From positions 14,962 to 78,961 of the forward strand of contig CAZGKW010000003.1 of assembly GCA_964526295.1 (NCBI GenBank): 64,000 nucleotides of DNA. The letters run 5' to 3'. The notes beneath the pieces were generated by a model that was not told the origin of the DNA, searched no databases, and saw only the letters and a list, made by a program, of their open reading frames with translations. The stretch comes from an uncultured Anaerolineales bacterium (GTDB lineage Bacteria; Planctomycetota; Phycisphaerae; FEN-1346). Both the position numbers and the translations under genes were made by a program. Positions 29,541-38,533 of the stretch are shown in pieces; the stretch's first letter is position 1, and every line of letters begins with the position of its first letter.

Positions 29541-32327
29541 CTACGGCCACGGGCGGTGCCAGTCGGGCACCGTGTCACGCTGACGCTCCAGCCAGGCGGG
29601 CATCGGGCCGAACGGATAGCCCACGTCTGGGATGAACAGGCCGACCTCGCCTTGGCTCCGGTCCGGGTCGATGTCCCGGCCCCTGAGGACCGTCCGCGAC
29701 CGGCCGTCCCGCTCGAATCGGACGAGCGCCGCGTCGGCATCGCTTGAGACCCCGGCCGCGGCGAACTCCACCAGATCCGCCCCGTCGCCGAAGTCGAGCC
29801 GTACGCCGCGCGGCGTCGCCGTCATCTCCGGCGGCTTCGGACCCGGGTAAAGCCCCGTGATGAACTCGACGTCGGCCCCCCGCGCCCTGAGGCGGACGCC
29901 CTCGGTGTGCTCCCGCCCACCGTTGTCGTGTTCCCAGGGGAACCGCTCGAACTCGAACGTCGTCGGGGCGGCACAGAAGAGCGTCAGGTTCGGCCACCGG
30001 ACCGTCGGCCCGCGGCGCTCGACCCGTTCGGCCAGGACGTGGAGGCAGTAGACGGCCGACAACTCCGGCCCGGTGTACTCGTCCCGCAGGACGAAGTAGT
30101 CCTCCGGCCGGCCCTTCACCAGGACGACCGTCCGGCGATAGACGAGCGGCCGGTCGAACCGCTCCAGCGGGCCGATGGCGTCCCACTCCTCGGGCGGAAG
30201 CTTCAACTGCTTCCGTAGTCGGCTCGACTCGACCTGGCCCACCGCCACGTCCACTTCCGGGTCGTCCGTGCGGACGGCCAGGACGCGCTCAAATCCGTCC
30301 ATATTGGCGTAGGGCCACGCGTCGGTGTGGAAGGCGACGCGATTGTGCATGTGCTCCTGGCCGGCCCGCGGCTTGTACGAGCAATGATGGTCGACCGCGA
30401 CCGGCCGGGCCCGCGCGCAGTAGTGGAACGCGAGCTGGTCGCCGTGGAAGTGCCCGCGGTTCGGCCCGGCCTTGAACGCGAGGTACGTCTCGCGGTCGGT
30501 GTCGGGGCGGTTGCGGAACACGACGCCGAAGCCCGGCAGCTCCTCGGTCTCGAGTTCGCCCGGATCGACGTCGGCGCCGAATCCGCGGGCGAACTCGAGC
30601 GGGTCGGGCCGGCCGGGGTGGGTGTCGCCGCCGGGATGGAACGCCCGCTTGCCGCCCCCGACCGGCTGCGACAGGTGGGCGATGAACGAGCCCGCCGCAC
30701 GGTACCGCGGCCACGTCGTCAGGTCGAACCCGAGGTGCTTTCGGCAGACGTCGGCCATCTGCTTCCACGAGCCCATCGAGTGGGCCAGGTAGCCCGGGCA
30801 CTCCTGTCCCGCCCCGCCGGGCAGCGTGACGGCGTAGTAGAGGTCCGTGCGGACAACGTCCTCGACCCGGCGAGCGATCTCCTCGAACCGCGGATGGGCC
30901 GTCAGGTTGCACGCCTCTCCCACCGGGTACTTGATGAAGTCGGTGTGAAAGTTCGGATTGATGGGGCCCCATCGCTGCCAGTAGCCGCAGAACCAGTCGG
31001 GGTCGAGGTTGACCTGGACGGTCGAGAGGGTCCGCCGGTCGCCGGGACGGCGTCCGGCGCCGGCCAGGGCGCCCCGTCCCATGCCCCGCCGGGCGCCCGT
31101 CGGGTTCGTCGAGTTCGAGTAGAAGAACGCCCCGCGAAAGCCCCCCGGCTCGGTGCCCGGCCACTCCAGGATGTAGTCGTGGACCAGCTTATTGAGCGGC
31201 TGGAAGGCGGCCCGCGTGACGAGCCGCTCGAGGCCGTCCACCTTGCGGGTCCGGCCCTCGCGCCGCGGGTCCGGCTCCTGGCGGGTCTCGACCGTCTCGG
31301 CCGGCCCGGCGACGAGCAGCCAGTATCGCCTGCCGCGCCACGTCGGGCACTCAAGGCCCGCGTAGTCGGCGCTCCCTTTGAGCTTGACGCGGATCAGGTT
31401 GTCGTGGCCCCAGTACCACCGGCCGGCCCGGGCCGGGATCGCCCCCACGACCGTCCGGCCGTCGGTCGCCCCGAAGAACCAGCCCTCGTCGAACGACTGG
31501 GTCCACCGGGGCTGGAGGTTGAGGAGCGTCTCCCCGAGACGCGTCTGTCCGGGCTCGAGGGCCACCTTCTCCGTCCCGGGGCTGCCCTTGAACGGGCCGA
31601 CGTGCCACCGCCGCATGGTGCCGCCCGTCGGCTGCCACCCCGCCGCACAGTCGAACGTCCACGAATCGCCCTCGTGCATGCGGTGCGATTCCTCGACGTG
31701 GACGACCCGCTCGCCGGGCTTCAGCGTCAGGGTGACCTCGGACCGAGGCGGCTCGGCCCGGACGTTCGGCGGAACGCGGCCCTCGGAAACCAGGCTGACC
31801 TTGGCAAAGAGCGGCCCGCGCCCGAGGACCGTCGTCCGGACGCTCGCCATGGGCCACCGCGTGGTCCAGCGGCTCGCGCCCATCCAGGCGCCGCCCTCCG
31901 AGCGGACCGCCAGGATGGGACCCGGCACGGGGCCGCCGCCGCCCGCCGGACCGGCAGGCACCTTCACCGCCAGCAGACCGTTGTCCAGGACGCACGCCCC
32001 CGCCTCCTCGCGAATCGTGACGAGCGGCTCGGCCGCCGGCGGCTTCCCGGGCCTGACCTCGTAGGTGTGCGACACCCCCGCCCCGATGGTCGTGGCGACC
32101 CACACGCCGCCCGTCTCGCCGACCTGGAACGGAACGGGCTTCCCGTCTTCGGTGACGACGGTCCGCTGCGGGTCGGGCGGCGCGTCGAGCGCCACCTTGA
32201 GCCGCACCAGCTCGTTCTCGTAGTCGCCGGCGTGGTTCGTCAGCGTCCAGGAAGCCGGCTCCGCAAACGTGGCCGTGCCCGCAACGCCGACCACCAGAAG
32301 TGCGAAGGTCAAGCGTATGCCTCTCAT
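29541..32327 (-). CDS. large secreted hypothetical protein (possibly a polysaccharide-lyase/heparinase II/III-like fold)
   Basis: Signal peptide MRGIRLTFALLVVGVAGTATFA. 928 aa. Strong GC3. No secure family. Confidence 0.6.
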   Translation of the reverse strand: MRGIRLTFALLVVGVAGTATFAEPASWTLTNHAGDYENELVRLKVALDAPPDPQRTVVTEDGKPVPFQVGETGGVWVATTIGAGVSHTYEVRPGKPPAAEPLVTIREEAGACVLDNGLLAVKVPAGPAGGGGPVPGPILAVRSEGGAWMGASRWTTRWPMASVRTTVLGRGPLFAKVSLVSEGRVPPNVRAEPPRSEVTLTLKPGERVVHVEESHRMHEGDSWTFDCAAGWQPTGGTMRRWHVGPFKGSPGTEKVALEPGQTRLGETLLNLQPRWTQSFDEGWFFGATDGRTVVGAIPARAGRWYWGHDNLIRVKLKGSADYAGLECPTWRGRRYWLLVAGPAETVETRQEPDPRREGRTRKVDGLERLVTRAAFQPLNKLVHDYILEWPGTEPGGFRGAFFYSNSTNPTGARRGMGRGALAGAGRRPGDRRTLSTVQVNLDPDWFCGYWQRWGPINPNFHTDFIKYPVGEACNLTAHPRFEEIARRVEDVVRTDLYYAVTLPGGAGQECPGYLAHSMGSWKQMADVCRKHLGFDLTTWPRYRAAGSFIAHLSQPVGGGKRAFHPGGDTHPGRPDPLEFARGFGADVDPGELETEELPGFGVVFRNRPDTDRETYLAFKAGPNRGHFHGDQLAFHYCARARPVAVDHHCSYKPRAGQEHMHNRVAFHTDAWPYANMDGFERVLAVRTDDPEVDVAVGQVESSRLRKQLKLPPEEWDAIGPLERFDRPLVYRRTVVLVKGRPEDYFVLRDEYTGPELSAVYCLHVLAERVERRGPTVRWPNLTLFCAAPTTFEFERFPWEHDNGGREHTEGVRLRARGADVEFITGLYPGPKPPEMTATPRGVRLDFGDGADLVEFAAAGVSSDADAALVRFERDGRSRTVLRGRDIDPDRSQGEVGLFIPDVGYPFGPMPAWLERQRDTVPDWHRPWP

Positions 32328-32383
32328 GTCACCCCTTTTCGCAGCATGTCCGGGGACAAGGCTAGCTCGAACGGCGCGGCGCA

Positions 32384-34012
32384 TCAACGGCTTTCGGCCG
32401 CGGCGCCCGGCGAGGAGGGTTGACCGGCGAACTGGAGGTGGAGGGTGTCGATGCGGCCCGTCTCGAGGTCGGCGACTCGGATGGCGTGGCTGTTCGTGTC
32501 GGCGACGTAAAGCTTGCCGCCGACGACGCTCAGGCCGCCCGGCTCGTCAAACCGGCCCTGCCGGCCCGGTCCGTCCACCCGCCCGGGCATGCCCGTCCCG
32601 AGCCACGTGATGCAGGTGCGGTCGGCCAGGTCGATACGCTTGACCTTATTGTTATACGTATCGGCGACGAAAAGGACCCCTTCGGAGGTTGCCACGCCCA
32701 GCGGGTGCTGGAGGCGGACCTCCAGGCCCCGCCCGTCGCGGTCCCCGAAGTCGAACAGGTCGCCGCCCACGACCGTCTCGACCCGTCCTGGGGGCCCGAG
32801 GTCGATGGCCCGGATCGCACTGGCTTCGCTGTCGGCCACGTAGAGCCGCCGGCCGTCGGCCGCGAGGCCCGAGGGCTGGGCGAGGGCCGCCTCGTCGCGG
32901 GGGCCGTCGATGCGGGCCTCCCGGCCGGTCCCGGCGAACGGCTCGGCCCGGCCGGTCGAAAGGTCGATCCGCCAGACCTGGTGCCAGCCCGCCATGGCCA
33001 CGTAGAGGACGCCGTCGTGCAGGAGGACGTCCCACGGCGAGCTGAGCGCTGTGTCGCGCGCCGGCCCCCCGCGGCCCGACCGGCGGCCCTGCTCGCCCGT
33101 GCCGGCCACGGTCGAGACCGTCCCCGCGGCGAGGTCGACGAGGCGGACGGCGTGGTTGCCGGTGTCCGCGATATAGAGCCGGTCGCCATCGAGGGCCAGG
33201 CCCTGGGGCCCGCGGAACCTCGCCTCCGCGAAAGGCCCGTCGTCCAGCCCGGGCCCCCCGCCGCCGACGGTCTCCAGGACCGCCCCGTCGGCCAGCCGGG
33301 CGACGACGAGGCGATGGTCGCCGGTGTCGGCGATGAACAGGCGGCCCGAAGCGGCGTCGGCCAGCACCTTGCCCGGGAAGGAGAGCATGGCCGCCGGCTC
33401 CCGGTCGCGCTCCAGGGCCAGCTCGAGCGGCTCGCGGTCGACCTTCCCCTTGGCCTCGAACCGCTCGATGAGCCGGGCGATCAGCGGATCGAACGCCTTA
33501 AAGACCCCTTCTCCGGGACGGACGGCGACAAGCTCCCCCGCCGGGTCGATGAGGGCGATCGTCGGCCACGCCCGGACCTCGTACGCCTTCCACATCCGCA
33601 TCTGGGCGTCGTTGACCACCGGATGGCGGATATCGTGCCGCAGGACCGCCTGGCGGATGTTCTCGCTCTGGCGCTGTGTGTCGAACTTGGCCGAGTGAAC
33701 GCCGATGACGACCAGGGCGTCGGGGTATTTCGCCTCCAGGCGGGCGAGGTCCGGCAGCACGTGCTGGCAGTTGATGCAGCAGTAGGTCCAGAAGTCGAGC
33801 AGGACCACCTTGCCCTTCAGGTCGGCCAGACGGAGCGGGCGGTCCGTGTTCAGCCAGTCGAGGTCGCTCGGGATCTCCGGGGCCGGTCCGCTCCGGCCGA
33901 AGGCGAGCCGCGTCAGCCGTCCCGGCCCGAACCCCACCGAGTACCAAGCGATGCCGCCCGCCAGCAGCGCCAGCGGGATTGACCCGAGCAGCCATCGCGA
34001 CGTGCGGCTCAT
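32384..34012 (-). CDS. thioredoxin-like (TlpA/redoxin) domain fused to an NHL-repeat beta-propeller
   Basis: N-terminal TM then WTYCCINCQH (CxxC). C-terminus has repeated LYIADTGNHAVR / LYVADSEASAIRAID / LFVADTYNNKVKRID NHL repeats. Confidence 0.8.
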   Translation of the reverse strand: MSRTSRWLLGSIPLALLAGGIAWYSVGFGPGRLTRLAFGRSGPAPEIPSDLDWLNTDRPLRLADLKGKVVLLDFWTYCCINCQHVLPDLARLEAKYPDALVVIGVHSAKFDTQRQSENIRQAVLRHDIRHPVVNDAQMRMWKAYEVRAWPTIALIDPAGELVAVRPGEGVFKAFDPLIARLIERFEAKGKVDREPLELALERDREPAAMLSFPGKVLADAASGRLFIADTGDHRLVVARLADGAVLETVGGGGPGLDDGPFAEARFRGPQGLALDGDRLYIADTGNHAVRLVDLAAGTVSTVAGTGEQGRRSGRGGPARDTALSSPWDVLLHDGVLYVAMAGWHQVWRIDLSTGRAEPFAGTGREARIDGPRDEAALAQPSGLAADGRRLYVADSEASAIRAIDLGPPGRVETVVGGDLFDFGDRDGRGLEVRLQHPLGVATSEGVLFVADTYNNKVKRIDLADRTCITWLGTGMPGRVDGPGRQGRFDEPGGLSVVGGKLYVADTNSHAIRVADLETGRIDTLHLQFAGQPSSPGAAAESR

Positions 34013-34490
34013 TCGCTCCCTCCGCTCACCGCTCGATTCCTACCGTCTATTGTCGGCGGCAAGGGGCGGGAAGTACAGGCGCCGGCGGTACCTCGGCGGT
34101 CTGGACGGGTTTCGCGCACGAGGGCCGCGCAGCGGAAGCAAGGGAGGCAAACGCTGAAAGGGGCGGCGGCGCGGGCCGCCCGGACGGGCGGCCACGCGCC
34201 GCGGGTGAGAGAAACGGCATGCAGGTCAAGCTATCAAGGTCGCCGCGCCGGAAGGGCTGAGCCCGCCCATATGGCCGTCGGACAGCGTCCCGCCCGCCGG
34301 GCCCCGGCGCTGGAGGCACCCGATCAGCCCTCCCGGCCACGACTGGCTCGACTCCGCCGGGCGGCTGTCTCGTCCCTCAACCAGCGACAGTCTACCTCGC
34401 GGGGATTAGGCGGGTGCGTGGCGGGGGTTAAATCCGCGCTAAAGCGGGGAAATGCCTGGCTGTGGCCGTAAGACAGGTCCAGGAAACGGC

Positions 34491-35600
34491 TTACGCCCGG
34501 TTACCCAACTGCTCGTCGAAGAAGTCCCAAACGCGGGCAGCGTAGAACCGGTGCCCTTCGCCCCCCTCATAGAGATCCAGCCGCCCCTCCTCACCGGCGT
34601 CGGCGTAGGTCCGCCGCAGGGCCGCGTAGCCCTTCCGCACCTCGCCGATGGGGAAGATCGTGTCGGTCGCCCCGGCGATGACGAGCATCGGCCGCGGGCA
34701 CATCAGGCCCCCCAGGTCGGCCATCTCGGCCACCTGCGACAGGCCCGGCACGAAGTTGCACGGGCAGTGCCACATCGCCAGCGTGCTCCCGGCGAACGTC
34801 GAGAAGTAGCAGCTCGGCGCCGCGGCGGCGATCCGTCGGTCCACGGCCGCCGTGAAGAGCGTCATCGTCCCGCCGCCTGAGTTCCCCGTCATGACGACTC
34901 GCTTCGGGTCGACGTCCGGCCGAGCCAGGGCCCAGTCTATGAGCTGCATGACATCCGAGACCCGCTGCCCCAACAGCGGCCGGCCGAGCTGGGCCATCCG
35001 GTTGGCGAGCTGCCAGCACCCGGCTCGCCCTGTCGACACGTCCTCAGCCAGGACCAGCTCGCCGAAGCCTCGAAGGTCCGGCACGAGCGCCAGGTAGCCC
35101 CGTCGGACCGCCTGGACGCCGTAGTCCCGCTCGCCGGACTCGATCAGCCTCCGGGCCTCGTCGGTGGTGGCCACGCCCGCCGGCACGACCTTCCCCGGCC
35201 CGTGGCCGTGGGCGGCGATGCACACGGGCAGCTTGCCCTCGGGCTTCGGGTCCGGCTCCAGGACGTAGAGGGGCACGGCCAGGCCGTCCTCGGCGACCGC
35301 GTAGCCGCGGCGCTGCACATAGCCGTCGCACGGCTTCTCCTCGACGAAGCGGACCGGCGGCGCCGGCCGCGGCTTGCCGGCGATAGCCAACAGGTCGCAG
35401 AGCTTGCGCCGCAGACGGCGCTGCCAAGCGGCGAGGCGCTCGCCCTTCCGGCGGGACGCGTAACCGAGGGCCGGTGCCGTCTCGGCGACGGTCCGGCGGA
35501 CCACCTCGTCGATCGAGAGGCCGAGGGGCTCATTGGGCACCGTGGCGGCTCCTTTCGAGGACGCGTACGGACGCCGGGCCGCGGCCCGCCTACTCGCCAT
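34491..35600 (-). CDS. alpha/beta hydrolase (acetyl-xylan-esterase/dienelactone-hydrolase-like)
   Basis: GNSGGG nucleophile elbow, C-terminal His. Confidence 0.7.
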   Translation of the reverse strand: MASRRAAARRPYASSKGAATVPNEPLGLSIDEVVRRTVAETAPALGYASRRKGERLAAWQRRLRRKLCDLLAIAGKPRPAPPVRFVEEKPCDGYVQRRGYAVAEDGLAVPLYVLEPDPKPEGKLPVCIAAHGHGPGKVVPAGVATTDEARRLIESGERDYGVQAVRRGYLALVPDLRGFGELVLAEDVSTGRAGCWQLANRMAQLGRPLLGQRVSDVMQLIDWALARPDVDPKRVVMTGNSGGGTMTLFTAAVDRRIAAAAPSCYFSTFAGSTLAMWHCPCNFVPGLSQVAEMADLGGLMCPRPMLVIAGATDTIFPIGEVRKGYAALRRTYADAGEEGRLDLYEGGEGHRFYAARVWDFFDEQLGNRA

Positions 35601-36195
35601 CCGCGGCGGACCATTGCCGGGCGGGAAAGGTGAACCGAACGGCCCGACCGCCCTTCTCGACGCGGACCTCGAACGGCGGCGCCGGCGGGTCGGCGACCGT
35701 CCAGGCCGGCCCGTCACGTTCGGCCCGGGTGGTTGAGTCGCCGGCCTCGACGACGACCTCGGCCTCGAGTGACGCCTCACCGCGAATGGTCTCGGCGTCC
35801 CCGGCGGTGAGTGCCGCCCCGTTCTGGATGCAGACGAACGGCTCTTCGCGGCGGATCGCCCGGTGGTACGCCACCATGGCCAGGACTTCCGCGGTCGAGG
35901 GGTGCAGCTCCCCCGGCCCCTCCATCATCTCGCGGACCTCCTTGCGGAGCTCCGACGGGCCGAGGTCGGCGAACGCCTGCCCGTAGAACGCCCCTTCCGG
36001 CCCGTGACAACGAGCACAGGCCGACTCAAACGTCGAGACGGGGCCGAGCGTCAGGTCCACTGGCCCGGAGACCGTCTCGGCGAGGTCCGCATTCGCCTCG
36101 GCCGATGGGTCCATACCGGCCGGCCCCGCCGACGCGCCGCACCCCGCAAGCGCCGCTGACGCCAGACCCAGCCAGAGAACGCGGGCCCCCATCAC
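35590..36195 (-). CDS. monohaem c-type cytochrome, lipoprotein
   Basis: CARCHG haem-binding site. Lipobox LAGC. 4-nt overlap (ATGA) with the upstream PQQ dehydrogenase. Confidence 0.75.
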   Translation of the reverse strand: MMGARVLWLGLASAALAGCGASAGPAGMDPSAEANADLAETVSGPVDLTLGPVSTFESACARCHGPEGAFYGQAFADLGPSELRKEVREMMEGPGELHPSTAEVLAMVAYHRAIRREEPFVCIQNGAALTAGDAETIRGEASLEAEVVVEAGDSTTRAERDGPAWTVADPPAPPFEVRVEKGGRAVRFTFPARQWSAADGE

Positions 36196-37379
36196 TCCTC
36201 CCCCACGTAATCAAGCCGGTAGATACGGTTACCGCGGTCATCACTGACCAGCAGCGACCCGTCGGGGGCCTGGACCACGTCAACCGGCCGCCCGAGGACC
36301 TCGTCGTCGCCGGTCAGGAACTTGGCATAGACCTTCTCGCCCCACGGCCGGCCATCCTCGAAGAAGACTCGGGTCACGCAGTAGCCAGCCTTGTGGCTTC
36401 GGTTCCACGAGCCGTGGTAGGCGACGAAGGCGTCGCCGCGGGCGCCGGGAAAGCGGGCGCCGGTGTAGAACGTCATGGCGTTCGGGGCCCAGTGGGCCCC
36501 CGTGGGCCACTCGGGCGGGATCGTCGTCGCCGCCAAGCGGGCGATCTCCGGGTGGTCCAGGAACTCGTATCGGGGCAAGCGGCTGCCGACGACGAACGGG
36601 TGGCCGTACCAGCCGCCCTCGACGTAGCGGTTCATCTCGTCCGGCGGGTTGAGGTCGGTGATCTCCTGGTCGACGCGGTCGTCCTTCCGCTCGATGGGTC
36701 GGCCGAACCAGTCGGACCCGTGGTCCATGCCCCAGATCTCGTCGGTGCCCGGGCGGACGACCAGCTTCTCGGTGTTGCGGATGCCGGAGCAGAACTGCCG
36801 CTCGTCGCCCCCGTCGAGGGCGTAAGACCAGATCTTCTGTCGCGGCGTGTCGCGGAGGTCGCGGATGTTGCCCGAGTCGCCGATGCCGGTGTACAGGCGG
36901 CCCTTGTGGATGAGGATCGGCCGCCACCAGTGCCCGCCGCCGCTGGGGAGACGGCCTTTCGGGACCACCGTGACGGTCTCGTCGGCCCGGCCGTCGCCGT
37001 CGGTGTCGCGGGCCCGGAAGATCGCCCCCGATTCGGTGAACCAGAGCCATCCTTCGCGCCAGAACAGGCCGTGCACCGTCCGGTGGTCCTCGACGAACGT
37101 CTGGAGCGACTCGAAGTAGCCGTCGCCGTCGGCGTCGCGGCACGACTTGACGACACCCTCGCCCGGCAGGCTGACGTAGAGGGTGCCCTCGTTGTCGAAG
37201 GCCATGAACCGCGGCCGGCGGATGGTCGACTCGGCCACCGCCAAACGGCACCCGGAGCGGACCCACACGCCGTCGGGCACGTCGCGGTCGGGGACCTCTG
37301 GGGTCCCTGCCGCGCACGCCACGGCCGACAGGGCGGCCAGGAGCGCGAGACCCATATGGCTTGACCTATTGTGATTCAT
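36192..37379 (-). CDS. PQQ-dependent sugar dehydrogenase (soluble glucose/sorbosone dehydrogenase family)
   Basis: Signal peptide. sGDH-family beta-propeller with repeated G.IYR-type blades (MAFDNEGTLYVS, SDDRGNRIYRL). Confidence 0.8.
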   Translation of the reverse strand: MNHNRSSHMGLALLAALSAVACAAGTPEVPDRDVPDGVWVRSGCRLAVAESTIRRPRFMAFDNEGTLYVSLPGEGVVKSCRDADGDGYFESLQTFVEDHRTVHGLFWREGWLWFTESGAIFRARDTDGDGRADETVTVVPKGRLPSGGGHWWRPILIHKGRLYTGIGDSGNIRDLRDTPRQKIWSYALDGGDERQFCSGIRNTEKLVVRPGTDEIWGMDHGSDWFGRPIERKDDRVDQEITDLNPPDEMNRYVEGGWYGHPFVVGSRLPRYEFLDHPEIARLAATTIPPEWPTGAHWAPNAMTFYTGARFPGARGDAFVAYHGSWNRSHKAGYCVTRVFFEDGRPWGEKVYAKFLTGDDEVLGRPVDVVQAPDGSLLVSDDRGNRIYRLDYVGEE

Positions 37380-38422
37380 CGTCGCCCTCCCGACCCCGAC
37401 TCGACTCGCACCGGCCGGCCCGTGCGGACCGATTCGACCTCCGCTTCCACGAGGGCGACCGCCGCGGCGGCGTCTTCCGGGGCAATCCGCTCCGACGGCC
37501 GGCCCGCCGCCAAGCACGCCACGATGTGGCGCAGCTCCTCGGTGTAAGCGTCGCCCGCCGTGACCGTAGGCGGCGTCTCGCGGCCCGCCTCGCGAACGAG
37601 GAGCGTCGGCGAGCGGCGCGAGTCGAACCGGGCCGAACCGCCTTCGAACTCCAGCTCGGCGGACATGTAGAAGCCTTCGTCGGTCGGCAGGTCCCACCCG
37701 CCGCTCGCGACGACCTCCGGCCCGCCGTCGAATCCGTAGCGGGTCTCGATCCGCACGACGCCGCCGGCGGCGTCGAGATCGCCTTCACTGGACACCTCGT
37801 TCGGCGGACCGACGTACCACCGCACCAGGTCGGCATCGTGGACGTGCAGGTCGAGGGCGGCCGAGCCGCTCCGCCGCACGTCCGCCAGCCACCCGTCCCA
37901 CGCCCAGCCCGGGACGCAGCCGTGCCGGCGGAACGTCGCCGCCCGGACCCGGCCGAGGCGGCCGGCGTCGACGAGGCCCTTCAGGACGACGTACTCCGGC
38001 CAGAACCGCAGACAGTGGCCGACCAGGAGGAGCCGCTCCGCCGCACGGGCCGCCTCGACCACCGCGAACGCATCGGCCGACGTCAGGGCCAGCGGCTTCT
38101 CGCAGACGACGTGCTTGCCCGCCTCCAGGGCCAGGAGAGCCATGTCTGCATGCAGAAAGGTCGGAACACAGAGGTCGATCGCGTCCAATGACGCATCGGC
38201 CAGGAGGTCGGCGTACTCGTCGGTGGTGCGGACGCCCGCCAAGTCGGACCGACCGGCGGCCCCGGTGTCGATGTTGCCGACGGCCCCGGAGAGGTCCCCC
38301 GCGAGCCGGGCCGGGTCAAGGTCGCAAAGCCACGCGACCTCGGCCCCCTCGATGGCCCGGTAGGCCTTCAGATGGGTCGCGCCCATCATCCCCAGGCCCA
38401 CCAGGCCGATGCGCGTCGTCAC
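37376..38422 (-). CDS. Gfo/Idh/MocA family oxidoreductase
   Basis: IGLVGLGMMG, CEKP. 4-nt overlap with the sGDH gene. Confidence 0.8.
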   Translation of the reverse strand: MTTRIGLVGLGMMGATHLKAYRAIEGAEVAWLCDLDPARLAGDLSGAVGNIDTGAAGRSDLAGVRTTDEYADLLADASLDAIDLCVPTFLHADMALLALEAGKHVVCEKPLALTSADAFAVVEAARAAERLLLVGHCLRFWPEYVVLKGLVDAGRLGRVRAATFRRHGCVPGWAWDGWLADVRRSGSAALDLHVHDADLVRWYVGPPNEVSSEGDLDAAGGVVRIETRYGFDGGPEVVASGGWDLPTDEGFYMSAELEFEGGSARFDSRRSPTLLVREAGRETPPTVTAGDAYTEELRHIVACLAAGRPSERIAPEDAAAAVALVEAEVESVRTGRPVRVESGSGGRR

Positions 38423-38533
38423 GGGCTGGCCCTTTCGGACAATACCCCGGCAGGTCCGCTCCGGGTTCGCGGCCCCTCGACCACGCTCAGGGCCGCCCTG
38501 GGCCCGTCGAAAGGCGGCGGATTCGGGAAGCGG

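Noticed and set aside
36280-37317. 345-aa alternative-frame ORF overlapping the sGDH gene
   Set aside because: Arg-rich off-frame translation. The sGDH frame has family motifs and a signal peptide.
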